Below are positions 26,847 through 40,212 of a DNA stretch of 64,000 nt, in pieces (positions within the stretch are counted from its first letter, which is position 1; the number at the start of each line of letters is the position of its first letter). The notes under the pieces are model-generated. The model had not been told where the DNA came from. It saw nothing but the letters and a program-made list of their open reading frames with translations, and ran no database searches. The translations under genes were made by a program, and so were the position numbers. Origin of the DNA: Octopus sinensis (lineage: Eukaryota); assembly GCF_006345805.1 (NCBI RefSeq), contig NC_043014.1, forward strand, positions 43,896,001 to 43,960,000, read 5' to 3'.

Positions 26847-28750
26847 ACCTTGAGTTGACCAATGAAAAGTCACCAATGGCAGCAGTGCAAAAGCCCATTC
26901 GTGTGTATGTGTGCGTCTCTCTGTGTGCATGTGTTTGTGTGAATATGTTCTCAAAATACATGCAAATGAGACAACAAGGTTGTTGTTACACAAGCCGTTT
27001 CACATGATAATGTATCAATCAAAGCTATGTTTTAAACCCTTTTGTTATCATAGTTGTGTTGAAATAACCTGCCTTCGTACAAATTAAATTCTGAGAATTA
27101 TTAAAAATTCATTAGCATAACTTTGTTTTTATTAATCCAGTGTTCGAAACATTAAAATTACATTCTGATCGTAGGTTTTTGATTTAGATTAACTTTAAAA
27201 CAGGAAGCTTGTATCACAAAACCTGGGCTAATCCTGGATGGGTTGGTGGGTATCAAAAAACAGTTAAGCAGTAAGTATGATGGAAGAGGAAAAAAATGTG
27301 CATCAATGGATTGAATTAGGTGTGACAGACAGACAGACAGACAGTCTTACAGTAGCTGTTGTTTCAAGGAAGGTAGTTCGTTAAAAATGCTAGCAGAAAA
27401 TGAAAGTAGCAGAAAATGAAAGTAGCAGAAAATGAAAGCATTTTCTTGGGGTTTTAAAAGGTTGACCATCAAACAAATTACCTTTTCTTCTTTTTCTTTC
27501 TTTTTTTTCTTCTTTTTTTTTTTTTGCTGGTGATGCAATTCTGCATTTGTAGATTTATCAATCTTCACCTCACTATCTCCTGGATGGATGGACTGGGATT
27601 GTTGCAGCATATTATTATTACATCTTTTCCCCTGTAGGAATTTGAATTCCTTCACAAGAAATAAGGAGTAGTTATTGACCAGGAAACAGCTTTTGTTATA
27701 TTCGCTTCCCTCTTCTCTTCTTGCCTCATTTTACAAAGTTAATCGTCTTAGGATTTGAGAAGATTAGGGAACTTACAGTAGTCACATTGCAGATAAAATC
27801 AATTAGTTTTGTACTGGAGAAATTTTCTTTCCCCAAAATTCATCTACTGATAAGATGTTGACATTTTACTTTCCTTATCTCTTGATTTCCTTTTGTTTTT
27901 CTTTTTTTTTTTTTTTCTTTTTTAATATTCTCCATTAGATATTGTCATCATCATAATTATCATCATCATCATCATCATTATTATTATTGTCACCGTTATC
28001 CTCCTTATCCACAATGTCATCATTATCATCATCAATTTTACATCCTATTTCCATCCTGTCAGTAATGTCTCTCTGTGTCTTTTTTCTTTTTTTTTTTTGC
28101 TGTTTTTCTTTTCATTTTTGTCCCTTTCCTTCATATTGGTCTGTATGGTCAAATACATGAAACAGACTTACTTCAATTCTGTATTCTCCTACCTTTGAGC
28201 CCCCCCACCCATCCACCCACCGCCCTCAACCACTACCCACAATCTATCTCTCTTGCTAACAAGGTGGTAGGGTACCTCTATGCAGATGCTTGGTATATTA
28301 GAAATATCAGCCAAATTCTTTTCAAATTACACCTTACCATTTTCTTCAAAAAAGGAGGCACAGGCAATGCTGTGTAGTTAGAAACTTACTTTCCAACCAC
28401 ATGGTTCTGGGTTCAGTCCCACTGCTTGGTACCTTGGGCAAATGTCTTCTACTATAACCTTGGGCTGACCAAAGCCTTGTGAGTAGATTTGGTAGATGGA
28501 AACTGAAAGAAGCCAATATATATATATATATATATTTATGTGTATATATCATCATCATCATCGTTTAACATCCGCTTTTCATGCTAGCATGGGTTGGACA
28601 ATTTGGCTGAGGTCTGGCGAACCAGATGGCTGCACCAGACTCCAATCTGATCTGGCAGAGTTTCTACAGCTGGGTGCTTTTATGTGGCACCGGCATAGGG
28701 CCAGTTAGGTGGTACTGGCAACGGCCACGCTCAAATGGTGCTTTATATGT

Positions 28751-28811
<61 letters not shown>

Positions 28812-29049
28812 CTGTCTGTGTTTGTCTTTGTCCTGTATTCTCCACTCCATCACTGCTTGACAACCAGTGTTGATTTATTTAGGTCCCTATAACTTAGTGG
28901 TTCAGCAAAAAAGACCAACAGAGTAAGTACTACGCTTAAAAAATAAGTCCTGGGGGTCAATTTGTTCAACTAAAATCTCTTCAAAGCAGTGCTCCAGCAT
29001 GGCTGCAGTCAAATGACTGAAACAAGTAAAAGAAAAGAATAAAAAGTAA

Positions 29050-29360
29050 GGGTATTTTACATCCCGCATAGAGAAGGAATATTCCTACCCTTGTGAGTGA
29101 ATGTCGAGGGCTTCAGCCAAAGCTACCATTCTTCATGTGGTGTGCCCTCTTGCTGTGTCTTTATCTATCACCCACAAGTCCATGTTCCATCCATCCTACC
29201 TCCAAGGATGTACACAGTGGTTCTGATCATAGCCACCCTTGAAGTCCTGCCTGTAGTCCATCCTATTGATTATAGCTGGGGTGCCTTTGGTTGGATAAGT
29301 GCAGTTTTAGATGCTGCGAAACCCTAGGTTAATTCTGATATAGCAGTCAAACCAGTCTGT
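29050..29360 (-). mobile_element. Possible degraded RTE-like LINE 3' remnant
   Basis: Minus translation ...DKDTARGHTT*RMVALAEALDIHSQG* weakly resembles LINE C-termini. Confidence 0.3.
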
Positions 29361-29847
29361 TTTATTTTTGGATCTGTATGAAAGATCATTGTTTCCTTTC
29401 TTCAGTTTTTTTTTTTAAACAGTGAAATATGATTTTCATAAAGGGGATTTGGCTGCTATTTCTAGCAGGCCAGGTGACCATGTTGAAGCCCTCTTGTTGA
29501 TCACTCTGTTCTCTTATAGACAAGATTTTTACCCGGTGATCTAGAACCATGCAAAAAATTTACAGACATATCAAACCCATACTAGAATCAGTGGGATGCA
29601 TTAGAATATTCCAAATAATAATTGAAAAGTAAAATATGAAACAAATTCTAACTCCATTTGTGTCCTCTCCATATTGCTTAAATTGATACTAGAGTTTAGT
29701 AAGGGTTTCCCCCTCCCTCAGTTGTTCTTTCTTTTTTTCATATTTATTAGTGATATTATTGAAATCTTCCAGTACTTGTTCTGTATCTCTCTCTTTCTCT
29801 CCCTTTTACTCATTCACTCTCTAATTTTTCTCTTTCTTTCTTTCCAG

Positions 29848-29898
29848 TTTGAAGAGTGCAATTGCCCAGATGAAGACCTTCCTTCCTCAGACATCAAT
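29848..29898 (+). CDS. 51-nt internal coding exon (phase 0/0) of the same FHA-domain gene
   Basis: Long pyrimidine tract ending tctttctttccag, donor aat|gtaagt. Translates FEECNCPDEDLPSSDIN and continues the preceding exon in phase (EYQFI-FEEC). Confidence 0.75.
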
Positions 29899-30535
29899 GT
29901 AAGTAATTAATAATTACTTTGTGTGTGTGTGTGTGTGTAGAGGTATGTGACTTAGTGTTGGACTCATCTTCATAAGATTCTGCTTTTGGTTCATGGACCG
30001 TATGACACATTGTCTTCTTGAAGTGGTTGGGGTTTTGGGAAGGGCATCCAGCAGCCAAAGAAACCAAGCCAAATCAGAATGGAACCTGGTGCATCTCTCC
30101 TGCATGCCAGCTCTGGTCAAACCGTCCAACCCATGCCAACATGGAAAATGACCATTAATGAAGGACAGTGATGAGGATGATGATGAGAGCTTTAACCCTT
30201 TCGCATTTAAACTGGCCATATCCAGCCAAAATATTCTCCCCTGTTTTATGTTCAAATTGTCCAGATTGGGCCTCTCACACCAGCCCTACTATATAATTCT
30301 AAAAATGAATAGTTACTTCATCAAGATCTCAAAGCTACAAGATAATGCAGGATTAATTTTAAAACAGTGTGAATAAATAAGCATTACTTTTGATAGACGG
30401 AGATGTACCTGCATAGCAAGTGATTTGATCTGAGATTGTGTGCTGAAACGAAAACAATTGCAGCATGGAAGGTGTTTATAAGCCATTTAAGAAACACGCA
30501 AAAGCCGTCCGATTCACTTCAACATTTAAGTTTAA

Positions 30536-30588
30536 TTTTGTCAAAATATTTTCGTCGCTTTAAGACCGCGACCTCTTCACTGACAAAA
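30536..30588 (-). ncRNA. Hammerhead-like motif, variant core GUGAAGA (left arm of palindrome)
   Basis: Minus strand: ttttgtca-GTGAAGA-G-gtcgc-ggtcttaaa-gcgac-GAAA-atat-T-T-tgacaaaa. Perfect 8-bp stem I and 5-bp stem II, but G3/G8 cannot pair. Confidence 0.5.
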
Positions 30589-30593
30589 ATCAG

Positions 30594-30640
30594 TGTCAAT
30601 GAACAGGTCGCAGTCTTAAAGCGACGAAAATATTTTGACA
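30594..30640 (+). ncRNA. Hammerhead-like motif, variant core AUGAACA (right arm of palindrome)
   Basis: tgtca-ATGAACA-G-gtcgc-agtcttaaa-gcgac-GAAA-atat-T-T-tgaca. A3/C8 mismatch. Confidence 0.45.
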
Positions 30641-31263
30641 AATTAAACTTAAATGTTGAAGTGAATCGAACGGCTTTTGTGTGTTTCTTAAATGGCTTAC
30701 AAACACCCTCCTCGCTGCAATTACTTTTGATAGAAAAAATGCAAATACTAAAGGGTTAAGTAAGAAACTGACAAACCGTTGCTCTTTAAACAAGGTACTA
30801 TATTTCACACCAATTCAGACCACCCCCTATCTCTCTCTATCTGTCTATCTATAGAAAGGTTATGAACTGTGTTGTCTCTATGTTCATACCTTTCTGCCAC
30901 TACCTTGCACTTGTCATAGAATTTTCATTCATAATGAAAACCTATGGTGAATCGGTTTCCTGTTGCCTGCCTCCAGTATTTTTTTCTTCTTGTTTCTTTT
31001 CTTTTGTCTGCTACAAAACACCGTTTTATTGGCTCGTCGCAGTCTGGTCTGCCATACCTTCCAGGGTACTTGCACTCTTATTATCCTTAATTTTTCTGAC
31101 ATCATCTACCACTCTTATGTATATATATGTGTGTGGAAATGGTAATAAGTATCATATATATGCATAAACATAATTTTCTGAAGGCTCCATCGACTGCGGT
31201 GTTGCATGGCCATTAAAGAAATATTGAGAAATATTTCCCTAGAATCAACCTTTTAAAATGGTT

Positions 31264-31584
31264 TTAACCCTTTAGCGTTCAGTTTCCTTTGTCAAATCTA
31301 ATACTTATTTATTCACTTTGTTTTGAATTAGTCACACCTTGTCTTGTAGCTTTGAGATTTCGAGGATGGGATTCTCATTTACTCTTTTACTTGTTTCAGT
31401 CATTTGACTGCGGTCATGCTGGAGCACCGCCTTCTAGTCGAGCAAATCGACCCCAGGACTTATTCTTTGGAAGCCTAGTACTTATTCTATCGGTCTCTTT
31501 TGCTGAACTGCTCTGTTATGGGGGCGTAAACACACCAGCATCGGTTATCAAGCAATGTTGGGGGACAAACAAAGGCACACAAAC

Positions 31585-31616
<32 letters not shown>

Positions 31617-32093
31617 TACATGCCACCGGCATGTAAAAAGCACCATCTGAATGTAGCTGATGCCAGCACCGCCATGACTGGCTTCTGTGCCGGTGGCACG
31701 TAAAAAGCACCCACTACACTCATAGACTGGTTGGCGTTAAGAAGGGCGTCTAGCTATAGAAACACTGCCAGATCAGACTGGAGCCTGGTGCAGCCTCCTG
31801 GCTTCCCAGACCATAGTCGAACCATCCAACCCATGCTAGCATGGAAAACAGACATTAAATGGTGATGATGATGATACATATATACAACAGGCTTCTTTCA
31901 GTTTCCGTCTACCAAATCCACTCGCAAGGCTTTGGTCGGCCCGAGGCTATAGTAGAAGACACTTGCCCAAGGTGCCACGCAATGAAATAAGATTGCGGTG
32001 TAGGTGTGATAGGCTGGATCTGACCAGATTTAACTTAAACGGATAGAATATTTTAGCAAGACCATAGGTGAGATTTAAAAGCTAAAGGGTTAA
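31264..32093 (-). mobile_element. MITE family 2 copy with nested SINEs
   Basis: ttaaccctttagc...gctaaagggttaa. 31264-31375 and ~31985-32093 are the two halves of family 2 in reverse orientation. Confidence 0.65.
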
Positions 32094-32710
32094 GAACATC
32101 ATGTTATTAAACATATTTGCTCATTTAACAGCTAAACAGAAATAGCATTTTAAAACGGTTGACTATTTAGTATATTCAATCAGTTTGTATTTAATGTCTG
32201 TTAGCTTTGAATTCGAGTTCTATTATATCCATATTAGTGGGATTTTTTGTTGTTTTTTTTTTATTTAAAGAACTTGCTTGTTTTTAGTTCAACATCCTAC
32301 GTTGTTAATTTGATAATGTTCAGGCAAACGAAATTTAGTTCTTGCAGATTCAGCTTCTCTCTATGTGCGGTGGTTGCTTCAGCTGAACTTTCTTCTCTCT
32401 CTCTCTGATATATCTGTTTATAGACAATTACGTATGTGTCTTCACGAGATTCAAGTTTTTGCAGGTTGTTTGGTGTACAGCAGTGGATGTTAATAGACAT
32501 ATATTATTGTGATTACAAAAACGTTATTCTTTCTCTTGTGTACCAACCTTTTGTGCGTGCCACAAGCGATATCAATGATGCTATGTTAATGTAAAAATTC
32601 AGTAAGCAGGATACAATGCATTTATGAAAAAGGAGCAAAGCATGTGTACTTTACCACCTTTCTACTGAGAGAAATCATCACACATACATACAGTACTGAT
32701 TATATCAGAT

Positions 32711-33104
32711 ACTAGCAGTATTGCCCGGTGTTGCTCGCGTTTGTTTCAACCCTTTAGAATTGGAATTTTTGAAAAGTAAAAATTTTGCATTATGCAGCAT
32801 GTTATTCTCTTTAAGTGAACATTTTTCTGGCTGAAATACACTGCAAAATGGTGACACAACAGTAAAAAAATCGTAAAATATAGAGATATTCATAGAAAAA
32901 TAGCACCTTTTTGATGTAAATAATTTTTGGTCTTAACATGGTCCGATTTGAATTTTTTCTTCTACGGAAGGAAGAACAAGCCTTTTTCTATCATACTCTC
33001 AATTTTGGTCAACTTGCGCCGCAGGGTCTTGGAGGAGATAGTGTTAGTTGAAGGCTACCAAACCTGCCATACACAGACAACTTCAGCTTTATATATATAG
33101 AGAT
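32711..33104 (+). mobile_element. Non-autonomous Helitron-like element, subfamily 1
   Basis: Starts actagcagtattgcccggtgttgctcgcgtttgt with a short subterminal hairpin, ends cacagacaacttcagctttatatatatagagat. No TSD. Second copy at 37454. Class assigned by resemblance to Lep1/HINE-type termini. Confidence 0.55.
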
Positions 33105-33145
33105 TAGCACTCACATATAATTAGGTATGTGCTCATAATAATGCT

Positions 33146-33549
33146 CTCTTTTACTTGTTTCAGTCATTTGACTGTTGCCATGCTGGAGCACCGCCTTTAG
33201 TCGAGCAAATCGACCCCAGGACTTATTCTTTGTAACCTTAGTACTTATTCTATTGGTCTCTTTTGCCGAACCGTTTACGGGGACATAAACACACCAGCAT
33301 CGGTTGTCAAGCGATGTTGAGGGGGTACAAACACAGATACACAAACATATACACACAAACACATACATATATGTATACATATATACGACGGGATTCTTTC
33401 AGTTTCCGTCTACCAAATCCACTCACAAGGCTTTGGTCAGCCCAAGGCTATAGTAGAAAACACTTGCTCAAGGTGCCACGCAGTGGGACTGAACCTGGAA
33501 CCATGTGGTTCGTAAGCAAGCTACTTACCACACAGCCACTCTTACGCCT
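33146..33549 (-). mobile_element. SINE family A
   Basis: Full-length reverse copy. Confidence 0.8.
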
Positions 33550-34748
33550 ATGCTGTAACCAGAACCAAAATGTGTAAATGGTTACAAAACCATGCAAAAT
33601 TATTTGTTTAATGTATGAACCTTAAGCTTGTAGTTCCTTGCTGTATCCATTCACATATTTCAACTTTTGTTTGTTTATTGTTAGTACTAACTAACACATT
33701 CTCCAGGTCTGACTATTTAGATTTAGTCATGATAAAGTTTTTACTTCAACTGCAGTTTGCCCAACTTGTATATATATTTTTTTTTTTCAAAGAGGGGAAA
33801 AAAAGAAAAAAATGCAAGTTGTAAAATGTCTCTGGATTTTGAAAAATGATTGATTGTGCAACTATGGAGTTTACTTTGCATCCACTGTGTTTTGGGTTCA
33901 ATCTCAATGTGTGGCACCTTGGACATCATCATCTATATATATATTTCTTTACTACCCACAAGGGGCTAAACACAGAGGGGACAAACAAGGACAGGCAAAG
34001 GGATTAAGTCGATTACATCGACCCCAGTGCGTAACTGGTACTTAATTTATCGATCCCGAAAGGATCAAAGGTTAAGTTGACCTCAGCGGAATTTGAACTC
34101 AGAACATAACGGCAGACAGAATACCTATTTCTTTACTACCCACAAGGGGCTAAACACAGAGAGGACAAACAAGGACAGACAAAGGGATTAAGTCGATTAC
34201 ATCGACCCCAGTGCGTAACTGGTACTTAATTTATCGACCCCGAAAGGATGAAAGGCAAAGTTGACCTCGGCAGAATTTGAACTCAGAACGTAACGGCAGA
34301 TGAAATATGGCTACGCATTTCGCCCGGCACGCTAACTTGTCTGCCAGCTCGACGCCTTATCATCATCTATATAACCTCAAGCTTGGTGGAATTGGTTGAT
34401 GGAAACTGAAAATATAGCTTGTCATGTGTATGTGTGGATATTGTTCTAGTACGTCTTTGTTAGCACTGCTTTAAAAAAAAAAAAAAGACAGGGTCATTGT
34501 TTTTATGTATTCTCCATTAGAAAAAGGTCCTGTAGTTTCAATGGCTTTATTTGTCACTTTCAATATCCGAGGACCAGGGAAAAGGAAATACCTTAGCAAA
34601 ACAAGAAAGGAATTGTAACTGGAAGAGCATCTGAATATAAAAAGGGCTCTTACAAGTTTCACCTAACCCAGTAGTTCTCAACTATTTTCTTCCTATGGAC
34701 CCCTTTGATTCCTATTTTGCCATTGAAGCTTGCCACCTTGATATCAGC

Positions 34749-35247
34749 TTAACCCCCCTTGTTACCCTTTTTATTTTGAGATGCTCTGTATTTCTTTCAA
34801 TTAATTCTAAATATAGTAAAATAACTTAGTTGTCATTATTCTAGTGTTAGGTATATAATTTGTGACTAAGGTTTGATGGAAGATTTTAATTCAAAATCTT
34901 ATGCAAACAAGACATTTGTTCTTACAGAGCCAGAGCCAGTTTCGGCCGGGTTGGTATCAAAAGGGTTAAATAACAGCAGTTATTTTACTGAATCTCTTCA
35001 AATTTCTGATGTTGCATGTTTAACTCTTTCGTTACTGTATTTATTTTGAGATGCTCTGTGTTTCTTTGAATTACTTTAAATCTAACAAAGAATTTAGTAA
35101 AATAATTCAGTTATTATTCAGCTAGTGTTAGTAACATAAGTTGTGACTAAGGTTTGGTGGAAAATTTTAATTCAAAATTTATGAAAACAAGACATTTGTA
35201 CTCAGAGGCAGAGCCGGTTTCAGTCGGGTTGGTAGTGAAAGGGTTAA
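34749..35247 (+). mobile_element. Two adjacent family-1 piggyBac-like MITEs (34749-34969, 35020-35247)
   Basis: TTAA termini and shared body ttttgagatgctctg...gtgactaaggttt...cagagccag. Confidence 0.8.
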
Positions 35248-36309
35248 AATAAATTATTTTACTAAATTCCTTTATATTTCTTATTATTTTCAAATATAAG
35301 TTATACAGAGGTTGTATGTGATCAGAAATATGCTTACAAAACATTTAATGTGTTTCAAAAAAAAAAAAAGAACAGACTTAATCACTTGCAATTTGATACT
35401 ATTGAACTCACAAGCTATCAGTTGTGCCCCTAATTGTAGAGACAGAGGAGTTTTTTTAGAGGTGGGGGAGCGAGACGGGGGGGGTCAGTGGGTAGAGGAG
35501 GTGTGATTCTATGGAGAAAATTGTTGAAGAAGGCTACTGAAACTGCCCCCCTGTGACCCATTCTGCCTAGCAGGGTGCGGGGAGTGGGGAGAAAAAAAAA
35601 GGCATTAAATTGAGTTTGGTGGTGCCAAGTCATATATCACAGAAATCAAGATTTGATGTTTGAGCTTATGTGCAACCTTATCAGTTGTTATATTTATATA
35701 TGTTTGTATGTAAAAAGTCCTTATCTTGGAAAAGATAAACTTCAGTATTTTTTTTTTTTTGGAGGTGGTATTTATTAAACAATTCTTGTTAGAGATAAGT
35801 TTCTTTTTTCCTTACCATATATCAAAATGTAAGGTAAACCAGCTTATCTTTATTTGATTTTCAAAGTTTTATGAATTTGTTTTGTTTTTTTTTTCATCTA
35901 TATTTTATATTATATGCTTTAATGTTCTGGTAGTGGTAGGCTTGGTGATAGATTACAAGGAAACTAATGATGTCATCATCATCATCTGGTTCAGCTTGCT
36001 CCGAATAATGATGTACCCTTGCTGAAAAATGTACCAGTGCAAAGCTTAATGGTGTAGACAGGATGGTTGTTATTGTTTGGTCAACCTCAATGGGGCAGAC
36101 ATACCATCAAAAAAAAATTCCAGTTATGATCATCCAATTTCTTTTGTTTTTTTGGAGGCCAGAAATAGCAGTTTGATCATTTTTCTGTCAGACCCAACTA
36201 TCTTTCAAACAACAGAAAATGCACATTTAATAATGATGGACCATGTGTTCCATCTAGCCAAAGAGGGGAAAGTTGATTAGCATTAATTTTACAAAATCTG
36301 TCTTTCAAG

Positions 36310-36345
<36 letters not shown>

Positions 36346-37453
36346 CACAAGAGTGGCTGAGTGGTAAATAGCTTTCTTACCAACCACATGGTTCCAGGTT
36401 CAGTCTCACTGCATAGCACCTTATAGCCTCAGGCTGACCAAAGCCTTGTGAGTGGATTTGGTATATATATATATATGTGTGTATATGTTTGTGTGTCTGT
36501 GTTTGTCCCCTCAGCATTGCTTGACAACCGATGCTGGTGTGTTTACGTCCCCCTAATTTAGCAGTTTGACAAAAGAAACCAATAGAATAAATACTAGGCT
36601 TACAAAGAATAAGTCCTGGGGTCGATTTGCTCCACTAAAGGTGGTGCTTCAGCAAGGCCACAGTCACATGACTGAAACCAGTAAAAGAGTAGAGTAAGCA
36701 TTTTGTCTGGCATGCTAATGATTCTGCCAGCTTGCTGACTTAATAATAATAATAATAATATCGATGATAATAATAAAGTGGGATGGTCACAACTGGAATG
36801 CTTTTGATCATAGATCTGCTTAGTCAGGTCCAGAACGATTCTTTAATTTTTTTTTCTATTTCTTTCTCTCTCACAGTTTCTGTCAGATATTTGTTATTTC
36901 TCCTCCGTTATCATCCAAGATCTAATTATCTTCGTTATATTTTTGTTTTCCTACTCGAATGCTTGCCTCTACACAGGAATTGGAGTTTGATCATTAATTA
37001 TATTTTTTCCATCTATATACAGATAAGAAAGTAGGGAGTCCTGTCTATTAACTTTAGTTTGTAGCTCCAAGTCTGTCTTCCATGGTCATTATGCTTGTTT
37101 TGTGGGGGTTTTTTTTTGGGTTTTTGTTTCGTTTGTTCTACAGTTCAAGATGTACATAATGTGTACAAAGCTCAGTATCTGTGTGTGTGTGCATGAGTCT
37201 CTGTATCTGTGTGTGTGGATGGATATCTGTATATTTTGAATGATTCCAATGTTAGTATACTACAAAACATTAGGTATGTAAATGTACCATAGGGAGAGGA
37301 AAGATCAATATTTGCTGACACAGACCACCATTAGTTTCCAAATATTCTAGTGCTTATATTCAATTACTGATATATAATAATACATGTATGTATAAATGTA
37401 TGTGTGTGTGCATATCTATCGAGCTATCTATCTATCTATCTGTGTATATATAT

Positions 37454-37840
37454 ACTAGCAGTATTGCTTGGCGTTGCTCGGGTTTGTTTCGACCCTTTAG
37501 AATTGGAATTTTTGAAAAGTAAAAATTTTGCATTATGTAGCTTGTTATTCTCTTTAGGTGAACATTTTTCTGGTTGAAATACACGGAAAAATGGTAACAC
37601 AGCAGTCAAAAAATCGTAAAAAAATAGGGATTTTCATAGGGAAAAAAAAACACCTCGTTGATGTAAATAATTTTTGGTCTTAACATGGTCCGATTTGAAT
37701 TTTATCTCCTATAGAATGAAGAGCAAGCCTTCTTCTATCATACTCTCAATTTTGGTCAACTTGTGCCACAGGGTCTCGGAGGAAATAGTGTTAGTTGAAG
37801 GCTACCAAACCTGCCACGCACAGACAACTTCAGCTTTATA
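37454..37840 (+). mobile_element. Non-autonomous Helitron-like element, subfamily 1, second copy
   Basis: Colinear with 32711-33104 over its length. Confidence 0.55.
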
Positions 37841-38363
37841 TGTATGTGTGTGTGTGTGTATAATGTGTTTTTGTAAACGTCTGGAATTTTATGTACTACA
37901 TTTGCCTTTGTATGTATGGTCCAGGCCACAAGTCTGAGTACAAACGTTAAATTTAGGATTTTTTCTAAATATGTTTTGATGTATATGTAAAAACTAATAA
38001 TCTACTAGTTATTTGCAAGTAACAGAGTTCAATTACATTACATATTGTAATAAATGGACACCAAAATATCGTCTTTTACTTAACATTTATGACTCTGAAA
38101 TTTTTTAGAATTTCTACATCAGACATCTATAAACAAAAGACTCAGGTTTTTGCTTTACAGGATAGTGAACACTTGACTCTTGCTCTAAAAGCAATTAACT
38201 TATCTAAGATATATCTGTTGGTGGTGTCCAGAAAGTTTTTGTGTTGATTTTGTCAGTAGGAGGATTCTTGGCATTTAAGGCTTACTTGTTGTAGCCCGAT
38301 GTTAGGATTCCTTTTTTTCCAACAGTCTAATCTGTTGAGTGTATATGTATAATAATAATAGTA

Positions 38364-38394
<31 letters not shown>

Positions 38395-39822
38395 TCATCG
38401 TTTAGCATCCGCTTTCCATGCTAGCATGGGTTGGACGGTTCAACTGGGGTCTGGGAAGCCAGAAGGCTGCACCAGGCCCAGTCTGATCTGGCAATGTTTC
38501 TACGGCTGGATGCCCTTCCTAATGCCAACCACTCCATGAGTGTAGTGGGTGCTTTTTATGTGCCACCGGCACAGGTGCCAGACGAGGCTGGCAAACGGCC
38601 ACGATTGGATGGTGCTTTTTACATGCCACGAGCACGAGGCCAGTCGGAGCGGCGCTGGCAACGGCCACGTTCCGATGGTTTCCTTACGTGCCACAGGCAC
38701 TGGTATCTGCAATTTCTATTGATGTTGATCGATTTCGATTAATAATAATAATAAATGATAATAATAATAATAATAATAATCTTTTGTACTGGAAGCACAA
38801 AGCCTCAAATTTGGGGGAAGGGATTAAGTCGAGTACATCGACCCTAGTATTTCACTGGTGCTTAATTTATCGACCCCAAAAGGATGAAAGGCAAAGTCGA
38901 CCTCGGCGGAATTTGAACTCAGAATATAGCAATGAGCAAAATACCTATTTCCTTACTATCCACAAGGAGCTAAACACAGAAGAGGACAAAGGGATTAAGT
39001 CAATTATATCGACCCCAGTGCGTAACTGGTACTTATTTAATCGACCCCCGAAAGGATGAAAGGCAAAGTCGACCTCGGCGGAATTTGAACACAGAATGTA
39101 GCAGCAGATGAAATAACTATTTCCTTACTACCCACAAGGAGCTAAACACAGAGAGGACAAAGGGATTAAGTCAATTATATCAACCCCAGTGCGTAACTGG
39201 TACTTATTTAATCGACCCCCGAAAGGATGAAAGGCAAAGAACGACCTCGGCGGAATTTGAACACAGCATGTAGCAATAGGCAAAATACCACTAAGCATCT
39301 TGCCTGATGTAGTAACAATTCTGCTAGCTTGCCACCTTAATGATAATAATAATAATAATAATAATAATCATAATAATAATGACAACGACAAAAATCTGTG
39401 AATTAATATATAGTTTGTTTATATTCTTTACAAGAACAACATTAAACAATTCTTTTCTCTGTTGGATCAGGCGGAATACGTGACAATTTCTATAGCATCT
39501 ATGAAAAAAAAAAGAAAAAAAAACCAGGATGTCGTTTACCTTACGTTACCAATTTCAATATATCTAAACAACACAATAACAACAACAACAATAACAACTA
39601 CTACTACTACTACTACTATTATAACTACTAATACTATATAGCATTATAGTCTATGGCAGAACACATTTTTCACCTTTGCATAGTTTTACCGAGGTCGTTA
39701 CATAATTCTAACACAATCGGTTGCGTCCTGTCCCGAGACAGTATATTTTAATTTTCTTTTTCTAGAGTTATTTGAGTGTTTATGCTTGGCTCTAATCTAA
39801 TGATCTCTCTCTTACTCTCTCA

Positions 39823-39880
<58 letters not shown>

Positions 39881-40151
39881 TGATAATAATATCGATAATG
39901 ATGTGGAAGTATCTAGAAACTATTACATCATGTTATATTACATTGCCAAACTTGTATGCTGAATAAGATATGCAGAAACCTATGAATATATTCATATTTC
40001 ATTATCATATAAGTCACACCATGTATTGTAAACAGGAATGTAATATATTGTCAACTCTCTCTTTCTTTCTGTGCGTAAGTATGGGTACGTATGCATATGT
40101 GTGTAGTTATGTATGTGTATATATATGTCTGTGTGTATGTATATATGTATT

Positions 40152-40212
<61 letters not shown>

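Larger units (their letters stand above)
30398..30719. mobile_element. Palindromic non-autonomous element (Penelope-like pseudo-LTR/retrozyme-like) with two inverted hammerhead-like motifs
   Basis: 15-bp direct repeat attacttttgataga at 30383-30397 and 30720-30734. Inverted arms ~30456-30588 and ~30594-30722 around a 5-nt spacer. Interrupts a TTAA-MITE whose halves rejoin across the TSD. PLE assignment is inference. Confidence 0.7.
30192..30759 (+). mobile_element. TTAA-flanked MITE family 2, hosting the palindromic hammerhead element
   Basis: ttaaccctttcgcatttaaac...aatactaaagggttaa. Body matches 63123-63350 once 30398-30734 is removed. Confidence 0.7.

Noticed and set aside
38160-38246. 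Good acceptor gctttacag followed by DSEHLTLALKAINLSK
   Set aside because: The frame hits a stop before any convincing donor.
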